A stretch of DNA of 64,000 bases, taken from positions 143,313 to 207,312 of the forward strand of contig JANRIG010000019.1 of NCBI GenBank assembly GCA_033765235.1, written 5' to 3'. Position numbers and translations under genes: made by a program. Positions within the stretch are counted from its first letter, which is position 1; each line of letters opens with the position of its first letter. The notes under the pieces were generated by a model, which ran no database searches, was not told the origin of the DNA, and was given only the letters and a program-made list of their open reading frames with translations. Below are positions 8,097 through 16,131 of the stretch, piece by piece. This DNA is from Cytophagales bacterium (GTDB lineage Bacteria; Bacteroidota; Bacteroidia; Cytophagales; UBA9547).

Positions 8097-8698
8097 TGGC
8101 AAATTTTGATATTGCAATTGTAGAAATTTTTAAGAATGAGGGAGGCTACCAAAATCATCCAAGTGATAGAGGTAATTATAACTCATTAGGTGAAAATGTA
8201 GGCACAAATTACGGCATAAGCGCAAAAACGTATGAGGGGTATATAAACAGACCGCCTACAGCCGATGATATGCGCAATATGACTATCTCAACGGCTAAGA
8301 CTATATACAAACGGAGCTATTGGGATGCTTACAAATTGGGCAGCATAAATGACCAATTCATTGCCTCGCACATCTTGGATTTGTTTGTGAACCACAGCCC
8401 TAAAGCAGCTGCAGAAATTGCACAGAAAGCTATCGTAAAAACTCCTCCTTTTTTCACCAAAGTAGATGGCATATTTGGGCCAAAAACAATAGCCACAATA
8501 AACCAGATAGCAAGTAATGGTAAGGCAAGTGAGCTTAACACTAATATAGTAAACGAGCGTAAATTATATTATAATAGTTTGGGAAATTTGAGCTTTTTGG
8601 ACGGCTGGACAAATAGAGCTCATTCATGGGGAGAGTACGCAAATATATTAGTACCGGTAATACCAACTATTGCCATGTTTTTTTTTTGTCATACATAA
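8096..8698 (+). CDS. GH108-family N-acetylmuramidase-like lysin with PG_binding_3-like domain
   Basis: FKNEGGYQNHPSDRG...NYGIS is the EGGY block. It also carries YWD, VDGIFGPKTIATINQ and GWTNRAHSW. The C-terminal tail is hydrophobic. Confidence 0.8.
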   Translation: MANFDIAIVEIFKNEGGYQNHPSDRGNYNSLGENVGTNYGISAKTYEGYINRPPTADDMRNMTISTAKTIYKRSYWDAYKLGSINDQFIASHILDLFVNHSPKAAAEIAQKAIVKTPPFFTKVDGIFGPKTIATINQIASNGKASELNTNIVNERKLYYNSLGNLSFLDGWTNRAHSWGEYANILVPVIPTIAMFFFCHT

Positions 8699-8707
8699 CT
8701 TATAAAT

Positions 8708-9208
8708 ATGCCGGGAGTAGGAGTATTTGAGATTGAATATAAGCGCAATGTTTACGTAGATGCTAATGCATTCATACCGGCGCAATCATCACCCGCGGTG
8801 CCGGGTACATCAGAAGATGGTTCTTTCGGAGTTAACTGGGACTACATGGGCTATGAGCCCTTAGTCAATAGCGCAGCATGGTGCAAGGTCAAAATGAACG
8901 AAACGGCGCAGCAATTATATATAAAATTGTTCTACGAGACGGAGGGTTTGGCAGGTGATGTTTACTTGCTATTTAAGAATATCTTTGTAGCTCCTGATGG
9001 AGGATTTGGACAAATCCCTCAGGTGACTGAGGTGCCTCTTCTAGACATGAGTCCTAACGCCTCTGTACAAAGCGTGAGCTTTGTTGTAAGCATTGCACAA
9101 AGCATCAGCGACAATGGTTTATTAGTATTCGCAGTAGAGCGTTTTGGCACCTACGCGGCAGATACTTACCCCGGAGTATTCAAATTTTTAGGACTTGAAA
9201 TAAAATAA
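8708..9208 (+). CDS. hypothetical beta-rich protein (spike/receptor-binding candidate)
   Basis: 166 aa, no TM segment, no family recognised. Confidence 0.45.
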   Translation: MPGVGVFEIEYKRNVYVDANAFIPAQSSPAVPGTSEDGSFGVNWDYMGYEPLVNSAAWCKVKMNETAQQLYIKLFYETEGLAGDVYLLFKNIFVAPDGGFGQIPQVTEVPLLDMSPNASVQSVSFVVSIAQSISDNGLLVFAVERFGTYAADTYPGVFKFLGLEIK

Positions 9209-9210
9209 AT

Positions 9211-9435
9211 ATGAGCATTATAGTGCCTCTTTGTGTAATGTTTTTTTCTGCTGTTTTTTTGCCATTGCTTTATAACAGCTTCAAAATATATTTCGAAATG
9301 CCTATTTTAAAAAAAAACATAGAAGACATACAAACTGAGGTCGATATAATAAAAAATGATGTATCATTTATTCGTGAAAATATCGCCGAAATAAAAACAG
9401 CGTTGCGCTTTATAGATGATACAGAGAGCCCGTAG
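9211..9435 (+). CDS. small protein, N-terminal TM plus coiled-coil
   Basis: 74 aa, starting MSIIVPLCVMFFSAVFLPLLY, followed by a heptad-like segment. Confidence 0.45.
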   Translation: MSIIVPLCVMFFSAVFLPLLYNSFKIYFEMPILKKNIEDIQTEVDIIKNDVSFIRENIAEIKTALRFIDDTESP

Positions 9436-10177
9436 ATATACTAATATCAAAGAAGCAATATTTTTTAGCAACCTCGTGCGCCTTGCGGGCGGATATGCGC
9501 TATCTCAGGTGGAGTATTACGGCATATCCTATGCCATTGACAGATTTAGGCGAAATGGAATTTTTCAAAAACTATTGGCATACTACCCACTACTTACTCC
9601 TGAAGGACCTGGAGCATCAAAAAATATAATATCTGCAAGTTACGCATTATCATTTACAGGTCCGTTTACCTATGGTAATGGCGTGGCAGGCGATGGGCTC
9701 ACAGCTTATGCAAGCGGAGGAATAACTCCGGCACTCTTACTGTCGGTTAATAATACCACACTTGGTTTTTTTACAAAAGCCACAACTTATGAAGCCTGTA
9801 ACGACATGGGTATGCATTTTTTTGACATAAGTGCATGGGGGATATTTGGAGCGACAACGCTAAATAGCGCGTACAGTAATCCCAATTCCTTTAACATTGC
9901 AATTGCATCGCCTCAGGGGAGTAATGTGTGTACTGTAGATGGTGCCAATGTGTATGGAGTTAAAGACGGAATAACTGTATATACTGCCGCCGCGGCGGCA
10001 GGATCATTTGTGCCAGATGAATTATTTATTTTTGGCTATAACTTCTTTGGCGCTCCGTCGCAACTTAGCAGCCGTACATATCTGTCCTACTACATAGGTA
10101 ATGGACTCACCGAAGCGCAAGCAAAAAAGATCAATAATATTGAAACCACATATAACAAAACAATAGGCAGATTATGA
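9416..10177 (+). CDS. hypothetical protein, possibly concanavalin/LamG-like jelly-roll (adhesin or capsid candidate)
   Basis: 253 aa. The C-terminal pattern LFIFGYNFFG...SRTYLSYYIGNGLTEAQAKKI resembles the end of LamG-type lectin-fold domains. Confidence 0.4.
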   Translation: MIQRARRYTNIKEAIFFSNLVRLAGGYALSQVEYYGISYAIDRFRRNGIFQKLLAYYPLLTPEGPGASKNIISASYALSFTGPFTYGNGVAGDGLTAYASGGITPALLLSVNNTTLGFFTKATTYEACNDMGMHFFDISAWGIFGATTLNSAYSNPNSFNIAIASPQGSNVCTVDGANVYGVKDGITVYTAAAAAGSFVPDELFIFGYNFFGAPSQLSSRTYLSYYIGNGLTEAQAKKINNIETTYNKTIGRL

Positions 10178-10452
10178 CAGTACTCGTAGATAATACAGGA
10201 AAAATAATAAAATATGGTGTAAGCGATGAAATTAGCAGCACTAAATTAAAAGCACTTGGTCTTACAAAAGTAGTGTACAATGATAATTTCAAAATGCCTC
10301 AGTATGATGGGGTTAAGTTTGTTGAAACGTATATAGCACCTGCGCCAATGGTTAATTACTTTGTGGTTTTGCTAAAAGAGATAATTAAAGAAACAAAAAT
10401 AGAAAACAGCGTAATATCAGATGCATTAGCAAAAATTGAAGGCAAAAAGTAA
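10174..10452 (+). CDS. hypothetical protein
   Basis: 92 aa. ATGA overlap with the previous ORF. Confidence 0.45.
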   Translation: MTVLVDNTGKIIKYGVSDEISSTKLKALGLTKVVYNDNFKMPQYDGVKFVETYIAPAPMVNYFVVLLKEIIKETKIENSVISDALAKIEGKK

Positions 10453-10529
10453 AAAAAAACTGCCAATTGAAAGCCTTTTTTTTTATTAGAAAAATATGTA
10501 TAATTGCGACTTACGCAAATACATATATC

Positions 10530-10853
10530 ATGAAAAAAACAATCTTAATATTAATTCTATTGCTGCTAAGTTGTAGCAAAAAAGAAGAAGAAATAATTAA
10601 ACCACGCTGTGAGACAGAAAAATGGGGAAGCCTTAAAATACTCAATGTTAATTCGAGTAATCCTTATTATATTTATCTTGATGGCACCTATAGAGCCACT
10701 GTAGATGGCAGAGGTACAATAACTCTTATAGAGTTAAGCACAGGCACACATACGTTATATTTAGTTCAAAAGTCAGGGTATGTATTGGCGGCTACTACCT
10801 ACTCAAGTAGTATTACTATTGCCCAGTGTAGCACAAAAGAGTATCAGTTTTAA
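10530..10853 (+). CDS. lipoprotein (last ORF of the element)
   Basis: I prefer ATG 10530. MKKTILILILLLLSCSKKEE is a lipobox-like signal with Cys. Confidence 0.55.
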   Translation: MKKTILILILLLLSCSKKEEEIIKPRCETEKWGSLKILNVNSSNPYYIYLDGTYRATVDGRGTITLIELSTGTHTLYLVQKSGYVLAATTYSSSITIAQCSTKEYQF

Positions 10854-10997
10854 GCTACCTTTAAAAGAAAAAAAAGAGTTTCCACTCACTGCATGGCAGT
10901 GATATATATGCATGAAGTAAATGACAAAATATTATTCTGCAATATCTAAAATCGAGTTGAAATTAATCAAATTTTATTAGGTTTTCCCTTCGTGTAG

Positions 10998-11060
10998 GCG
11001 CATAACAGATGAATTTATGAAGTTTTAATTTTATAAATTTATAGTTATGCGCATTTTTTT
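10998..11060 (+). terminator. Long interrupted hairpin plus T7; terminator-like structure at the right edge of the element
   Basis: GCGCATAAC (10998-11006) pairs with GTTATGCGC (11044-11052). An inner pair AATTTAT/ATAAATT also forms. A then TTTTTTT follows (11054-11060). Confidence 0.55.
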
Positions 11061-11123
11061 GCCCAAAATGGGGTATTTTTTATAAAAAAATCATTCAATA
11101 GATAAATAACAGATATTTTTTTT

Positions 11124-11154
11124 AAAAAAATGGCTCCATTAGAGCCCTTTTTTT
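11124..11154. terminator. Bidirectional terminator-like hairpin
   Basis: A7, then GGCTC, loop CATTA, GAGCC, C, then T7. Confidence 0.5.
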
Positions 11155-11358
11155 ATCCTAAAAATGCATTAATTACGCTGCTAATACACTTAATGTGCAC
11201 AAATTTAAGTCACAAAAATTGTTTTAATCAAATATATTTCTATTATTTGCGACATGAACGCTGCAATTTTTATAAAAAAATATTTCAAAACGGGTTAACA
11301 GCCTGTTTGTCAATATTATAGTGCTATACGTATTATAAATTATACAACAAATAATATG

Positions 11359-11388
11359 TTTGCTTTTAGGTTTCATATAGTATATTTG
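11359..11388 (+). promoter_or_regulatory. Bacteroidota-type promoter candidate for hisA
   Basis: TTTG (11359-11362), an 18-nt spacer, then TATATTTG (11381-11388) matching TAnnTTTG. The ATG lies 7 nt further on. Confidence 0.35.
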
Positions 11389-11395
11389 CATTATC

Positions 11396-12133
11396 ATGAA
11401 TAACAAATTCCATATCATACCGGCTATAGATATCATAGGAGGTAAATGTGTACGGCTCACCAAAGGAGATTATAATAATATGACGCTGTACAACGAGCAC
11501 CCGCTCGAGGTGGCATTAATGTTTGAAGATGCAGGTATTACAAAACTGCACCTTGTAGACCTTGATGGTGCCAAAGCTAAAAAAATAATAAACTATAAAG
11601 TGCTTGAAACATTAGCCACAAAAACGCATCTGCAAATTGACTTTGGTGGAGGCATACAATCTGATGAAGATATCAATATTGCTTTTGAATGTGGTGCACA
11701 GCAAATCACAGGTGGATCTGTAGCCGTGAAAAACAAAGATTTATTTAGTTCATGGTTAAGCAAATACAGTGCTGAAAAAATAATACTAGGTGCTGATGTC
11801 ATAAGTCATAAAATAGCCATACACGGTTGGCAAAATACATCTGACATTGATTTGGATGATTTTATTTCCGAATATTTAAAAATAGGTATAAAATATACTA
11901 TAAGCACAGATGTGTCTAAAGATGGTATGCTTACAGGTCCTTCATTTGAAATGTATAGCGATATGAAACAAAAATTCCCTTCACTCTGCATAATAGCCAG
12001 TGGTGGAGTAAGTAATATAGAAGATGTGATAAAACTTTCGGAACTGAATATTTATGGAGTAGTGATAGGCAAGGCTTTATATGAAGGTAAGATAAAAATT
12101 GGCGATATAAGTAGCATTAATAAATACCTATAG
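11396..12133 (+). CDS. hisA: 1-(5-phosphoribosyl)-5-[(5-phosphoribosylamino)methylideneamino]imidazole-4-carboxamide isomerase
   Basis: IIPAIDIIGGKCVRLTKGDY, HLVDLDGA, GGGI and ASGGV are typical HisA blocks. Confidence 0.9.
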   Translation: MNNKFHIIPAIDIIGGKCVRLTKGDYNNMTLYNEHPLEVALMFEDAGITKLHLVDLDGAKAKKIINYKVLETLATKTHLQIDFGGGIQSDEDINIAFECGAQQITGGSVAVKNKDLFSSWLSKYSAEKIILGADVISHKIAIHGWQNTSDIDLDDFISEYLKIGIKYTISTDVSKDGMLTGPSFEMYSDMKQKFPSLCIIASGGVSNIEDVIKLSELNIYGVVIGKALYEGKIKIGDISSINKYL

Positions 12134-12183
12134 GTGGTATAAAATCAATTTTTTCATTATATTTGTAATGAAAATTCATAACA

Positions 12184-12636
12184 ATGTACATATCAGATTT
12201 TAAACTTCTTGATATACTTCGTGAAAAAATGGGCGAAGATGAAGCCCGTGCGCTCGTAGAATTTATAGAGATTAAAGTAGAAGACAAATATATTGAAGCC
12301 AAAAATGTATTTGCTACCAAAGAGGACCTCTTAAAACTTGAACTAAAAATAGTACAAGTAATACACAACAATCATTTGGAAGTACAAAAACTTATTGCAG
12401 ATACCAAGATAGAGACACAAAAAATTATTGCAGAGTCAAAAAATGACTTGCAAAAACTTATGGCAGAGTCAAAAAATGACTTGCAAAAACTTGTGGCAGA
12501 CTCAAAAAATGATTTGCAAAAACTTATTGCAGACTCTAAGTTTGAAACCATCAAGTGGCTTTTTGGATTTATATTGACCTCTACGGTAGCTATCATAGGT
12601 ACTATACTGGCCGTGATGAAAATGGGTGGCTGGTAA
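12184..12636 (+). CDS. DUF1640-like coiled-coil protein with C-terminal TM anchor and internal 11-aa repeats
   Basis: (A/V)(E/D)SKNDLQKL(M/V/I) is repeated. C-terminal segment WLFGFILTSTVAIIGTILAV. Confidence 0.6.
   Translation: MYISDFKLLDILREKMGEDEARALVEFIEIKVEDKYIEAKNVFATKEDLLKLELKIVQVIHNNHLEVQKLIADTKIETQKIIAESKNDLQKLMAESKNDLQKLVADSKNDLQKLIADSKFETIKWLFGFILTSTVAIIGTILAVMKMGGW
12397..12540 (+). repeat. In-frame 33-bp tandem repeat (about 4.4 copies) inside the coiled-coil gene
   Basis: GCAGAGTCAAAAAATGACTTGCAAAAACTTATG at 12430, 12463 and 12496. A degenerate copy lies at 12397 and a partial copy at 12529. Confidence 0.85.
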
Positions 12637-12643
12637 TAAGCAC

Positions 12644-13831
12644 TCAAATTATTTTATGGTATTGCAAATCTTTTATTAATTGCACAGCCCTATGCATAGA
12701 AGTATGATGATTAAGTGTATGATTATAAGCTATTTCAGCATTCATAATACACTCATTTTCATTAGTTAATATATGGCGCAATATCTGGGTATATTCCTCT
12801 TCATTTTTAGCACTATACACTCCCCCGCCCGGATAATGGTATTTTAGCAGCATAGGATTGTCCATTAATTGCGGTATTTTGCATAACGCTAATTGATAAG
12901 TGCGTTCATTCAACTCAGAAGCATATGATATCTGATTCTCTAAATGTAGATTTAGCCCTACTTTGGTACCTGCATAGGCATTGCGCTCAATTTGGGCATT
13001 AAACTCAAAATCCGTACAAAAATCCCAATTTGGACCATATAATACGCCATTGGCCCAATGACAATATATAGGTGCAAACCATTTTTGATACCTTTCCCAC
13101 TTGTCGCGGTTGGTAGAGCCTATAAATATAAAGTCTTTAATTTTTGGCCTTTCTAAAGGATAATAATGAAGCGGATTGGCCCCGAATGGGAAAGAAATTA
13201 TGGGTAATTTTTTACTTATAATAGGTTCATATCCTTTGTGTTGGTGTATATACGTTATATCTTTGAATGAATAGTAATAATCTATGCCTATGCTATCTGT
13301 ATATTTTTGTCTTTGTTTAAGAGCACTCACATATTTGTATTCATCTATATATGCTGCAATGCCTATTTTTGTATTATTAATTTTTAATATGTTCCAATCT
13401 ATCATTTGTACCACATCATCAAAATCAAAGGCAAATAGTATTTTAGGCTTGTATTCGTTTAATTTAATATTAACTTCTTGATTTATAGGGATATATATGG
13501 CACATACTCCTATATGATTTAATGCTTCTGTAATATTTTTTATTAAAGAATAACCTCCCGGACTCTTTTGAGGCGAAGGTATCAAAAATGCTATTGATGT
13601 ACCAATTTTATTTTTATAAATATCTTTAAATGAATTAATTAACGTAATAATTTCTGAAGGAGGTACGTCCTGCTCATTGGTTGCAAATGTTTGAGATATT
13701 TTTTGAAAATTATACTGGTTTTGTGGTAATATGTGCTTTTGAAATTCACGAAATGTGATAGTTGGGTGACTATAGAGCTTACTGTGGTGCAACCACTCAT
13801 ATATCTGATATTTCAACATATTTATTTGCAA
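12644..13831 (-). CDS. CgeB-like / group-1-fold glycosyltransferase (tentative)
   Basis: 395 aa. The C-terminal FIGSTNRDKWERY...GLNLH...NERTYQLALC pattern resembles CgeB/DUF3880-type glycosyltransferases. Overlaps the upstream GT2 gene. Confidence 0.45.
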   Translation of the reverse strand: MQINMLKYQIYEWLHHSKLYSHPTITFREFQKHILPQNQYNFQKISQTFATNEQDVPPSEIITLINSFKDIYKNKIGTSIAFLIPSPQKSPGGYSLIKNITEALNHIGVCAIYIPINQEVNIKLNEYKPKILFAFDFDDVVQMIDWNILKINNTKIGIAAYIDEYKYVSALKQRQKYTDSIGIDYYYSFKDITYIHQHKGYEPIISKKLPIISFPFGANPLHYYPLERPKIKDFIFIGSTNRDKWERYQKWFAPIYCHWANGVLYGPNWDFCTDFEFNAQIERNAYAGTKVGLNLHLENQISYASELNERTYQLALCKIPQLMDNPMLLKYHYPGGGVYSAKNEEEYTQILRHILTNENECIMNAEIAYNHTLNHHTSMHRAVQLIKDLQYHKII

Positions 13832-14775
13832 CAGTCTTTTCTAAATATTGATTTGAATATGAATAATATATATCGCAATATTATATATACAAAACCTTGT
13901 TTCACAATTATATATGGTTGTAATTTTATCAATTTATGTAAGTATGAAATTGACTTTGCAGGTTCTTTGTTGTTTAGATATTCTCGTACAATTTTTATAT
14001 ATACTCCCCTATTTATTACTTCACCATATGTTTTATTAAATACCTGATTATTAGCATAATATTCAAATATTTTTTGTAGCATCAATAGCCTTTGATTGGT
14101 AATGAAATCAACCTTTTGCGAGGATAGATTTAATGAATTTGCAAACACTCTGTAAGTCACAGTCACTACACCTGTGCCGTACCAAGGTCTCAAATCTGAT
14201 ACACACATCCAGAATAGATAGTCTTCAGGGTATCTGAGGTCTTCCTGAAATTGTAATTTTTTTTCAACAATGGTTTCATGCCTGATGCATACCGCAGAGG
14301 TAGTCACAGGATTTTCGTAAAAATATTTTTTTGGTAATATTTGATTGGGCAGCATTTTTTTTTTGACAATGATATTATTATCCACATTTAATATTTGTAC
14401 ATTGCTGTAATATAATATTCCTTGAGGATATTTTTGGATAATGTCATACAATGATTGCAAATGGTTTGGAAGCCACAAATCATCATCATCCAAAAAACAT
14501 ATATACTTGCCTGTGCATTGCTCCAGTCCTCTATTGCGGCTGTATGCAGGTCCGGAGTTTGTAGTATTTGTGTGAATATATATCCTATTATCGGGTAATA
14601 TTGAGGTAAGGTAGCCTTTTACAGGGTAGCCTGAGGCATCATCGCAAATGCGTACTTCAAAGTCATTAAACGACTGATTTAAAACAGATTGAACAGCCTC
14701 TGTTAAAGATATTTTGCGATTGTGAGTGGGTATTATTACAGAAAAATATGGCCTCGATACATCTGATGCTTCCAA
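13822..14775 (-). CDS. Family 2 glycosyltransferase
   Basis: FSVIIPTHNRKISLTEAVQSVLNQSFNDFEVRICDDAS and FLDDDD are classic GT2 motifs. Confidence 0.85.
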   Translation of the reverse strand: MEASDVSRPYFSVIIPTHNRKISLTEAVQSVLNQSFNDFEVRICDDASGYPVKGYLTSILPDNRIYIHTNTTNSGPAYSRNRGLEQCTGKYICFLDDDDLWLPNHLQSLYDIIQKYPQGILYYSNVQILNVDNNIIVKKKMLPNQILPKKYFYENPVTTSAVCIRHETIVEKKLQFQEDLRYPEDYLFWMCVSDLRPWYGTGVVTVTYRVFANSLNLSSQKVDFITNQRLLMLQKIFEYYANNQVFNKTYGEVINRGVYIKIVREYLNNKEPAKSISYLHKLIKLQPYIIVKQGFVYIILRYILFIFKSIFRKDCCK

Positions 14776-14791
14776 AACTCACATTGTGCGA

Positions 14792-15691
14792 TTAATATAC
14801 TATTTGTGGTATTAATGCCGATTTTTGCAATTCTTTCTGTATTTTATCTTTTAAAGATTCGCTAGCATTTACCAAAGGCAATCTTACATTTCTTTTGGTC
14901 AATCCCATTACCTCCAATAAGCATTTTACACCCACAGGATTACCTTCTTCAAAAATGAGTTTTATCACTTCGTTTATTTTTTGCACATCAGTGGCTACTG
15001 AGGCAAAGTCATTGTTTAGCGCATGACTTGTAATATTTGAAAATACATGTGGCAATGCATTGGCCAACGCCGATATAACCCCTACTCCACCGATGGACAT
15101 GATAGGCAATGTGAGTATATCATCCCCCGAAATGAGCAAAAAGTCAGGGTGTGTTCCTCTTTTCACATCTACTAATTGATTGAAATCTGAGGTACATTCT
15201 TTGATACCTATTATATTTTTGTTTTCAGAGAGCTTTATGGTGGTGTGCGATGCAATATTTACCCCTGTGCGCCCGGGTATGTTATAAATAATAATTGGCA
15301 CAGGGCACTTGCTTGCAAGAGCAGTATAGTGCTCATATATACCTGCTTGTGTGGGTTTGTTGTAATATGGACATACAGATAGCACTCCATCTACAGATTT
15401 GAAATCAAAGTCTTCTATTTTTGATATGATATCTGCTGTGTCATTGCCGCCAAGCCCGAGCATCATCGGCAAGCGGTGTTTGTTTACCAATTTTACATGC
15501 TCCAGCACTGCTCTTTTTTCTTTGCCTGAGAGAGTAGGTGCTTCGCCCGTAGTGCCTAGAGCTACTAAATAGTCGGCACCATTTGCAATACTATGTTCTA
15601 TCACTTTGGTGAGTGACTCAAAGTCAATTTGCAGATTGTCTTTGAATGGGGTGACTAAGGCTATACCCGTGCCATGAAACTGCTTGTGCAT
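14792..15691 (-). CDS. dapA: 4-hydroxy-tetrahydrodipicolinate synthase
   Basis: GTGIALVTPF, ALGTTGEAPTLS and IYNIPGRTG blocks. Confidence 0.9.
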   Translation of the reverse strand: MHKQFHGTGIALVTPFKDNLQIDFESLTKVIEHSIANGADYLVALGTTGEAPTLSGKEKRAVLEHVKLVNKHRLPMMLGLGGNDTADIISKIEDFDFKSVDGVLSVCPYYNKPTQAGIYEHYTALASKCPVPIIIYNIPGRTGVNIASHTTIKLSENKNIIGIKECTSDFNQLVDVKRGTHPDFLLISGDDILTLPIMSIGGVGVISALANALPHVFSNITSHALNNDFASVATDVQKINEVIKLIFEEGNPVGVKCLLEVMGLTKRNVRLPLVNASESLKDKIQKELQKSALIPQIVY

Positions 15692-16131
15692 TATTTGATA
15701 TATTCAACAATTTTGGTTGCAAATTTCGATAAATAATTCATGTATCACTATATATTTTTATTTTATTAATACATTATACATTGTGATAAAAATAGATTAC
15801 TCCAAAAGTGGTGGTATTTATCAATCAATGATAAATTTTAAGTACATCCATCAAAATAAATTAATAATATATGCTCTAAATACTAATATTTTCAAAAATA
15901 ACAATGATAAATTTATAAGCAGTAAATGACAGTAATACAATAATTGTAATATAATTTTTTTTAGTAACACATCAAAATAATTATATGCATTTCTACCCTT
16001 TTCACAATTTTTTCATGGCTAATATTTGGTTGTGAATTAAACATTTTGTAATATCACATCGTTTTGTGGATAAAAAATTAAGAGAAGAAAAAAGTATAAA
16101 TAATCTATTATAATATATAATTTTACCAATA

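Larger units (their letters stand above)
1..11060 (+). mobile_element. Small phage-like (provirus-like) element, left end outside window: about 29 co-oriented tightly packed ORFs with rolling-circle Rep, lysin and many small membrane proteins
   Basis: All ORFs from 1 to 10853 are on the + strand with frequent ATGA/TAATG stop-start overlaps. Rep_trans-like, GH108-like, transglutaminase-like and MNT-like motifs are present. At least 10 ORFs carry hydrophobic TM-like segments. A long hairpin plus T7 sits at 10998-11060, followed by housekeeping hisA. Confidence 0.6.

Noticed and set aside
10997-11030. dif-like (XerC/D) site: GGCGCATAA resembles the XerC arm GTGCGCATAA of E. coli dif, with TTATG downstream
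   Set aside because: The CATAA ... TTATG spacing is 9 nt here (8 nt in the cassette T modules) rather than the 6-bp central region of known dif sites. I do not know the Bacteroidota dif consensus. The hairpin-plus-T7 reading explains the sequence more simply.
11130-11463. 63-aa and 79-aa ORFs in the gap between the element and hisA
   Set aside because: The first starts inside a terminator hairpin and the second overlaps the hisA start on the opposite strand. Both lie in AT-rich intergenic sequence with no coding-like features.
12397-12540. CRISPR-like regular repeats
   Set aside because: The repeats are contiguous with no spacers, in frame, and they encode an 11-aa coiled-coil unit.
15717-15929. 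70-aa ORF in the dapA / glycosyltransferase divergent intergenic region
   Set aside because: The composition is extremely AT-rich and Ile/Asn/Lys-dominated. It is most likely a non-coding promoter region.
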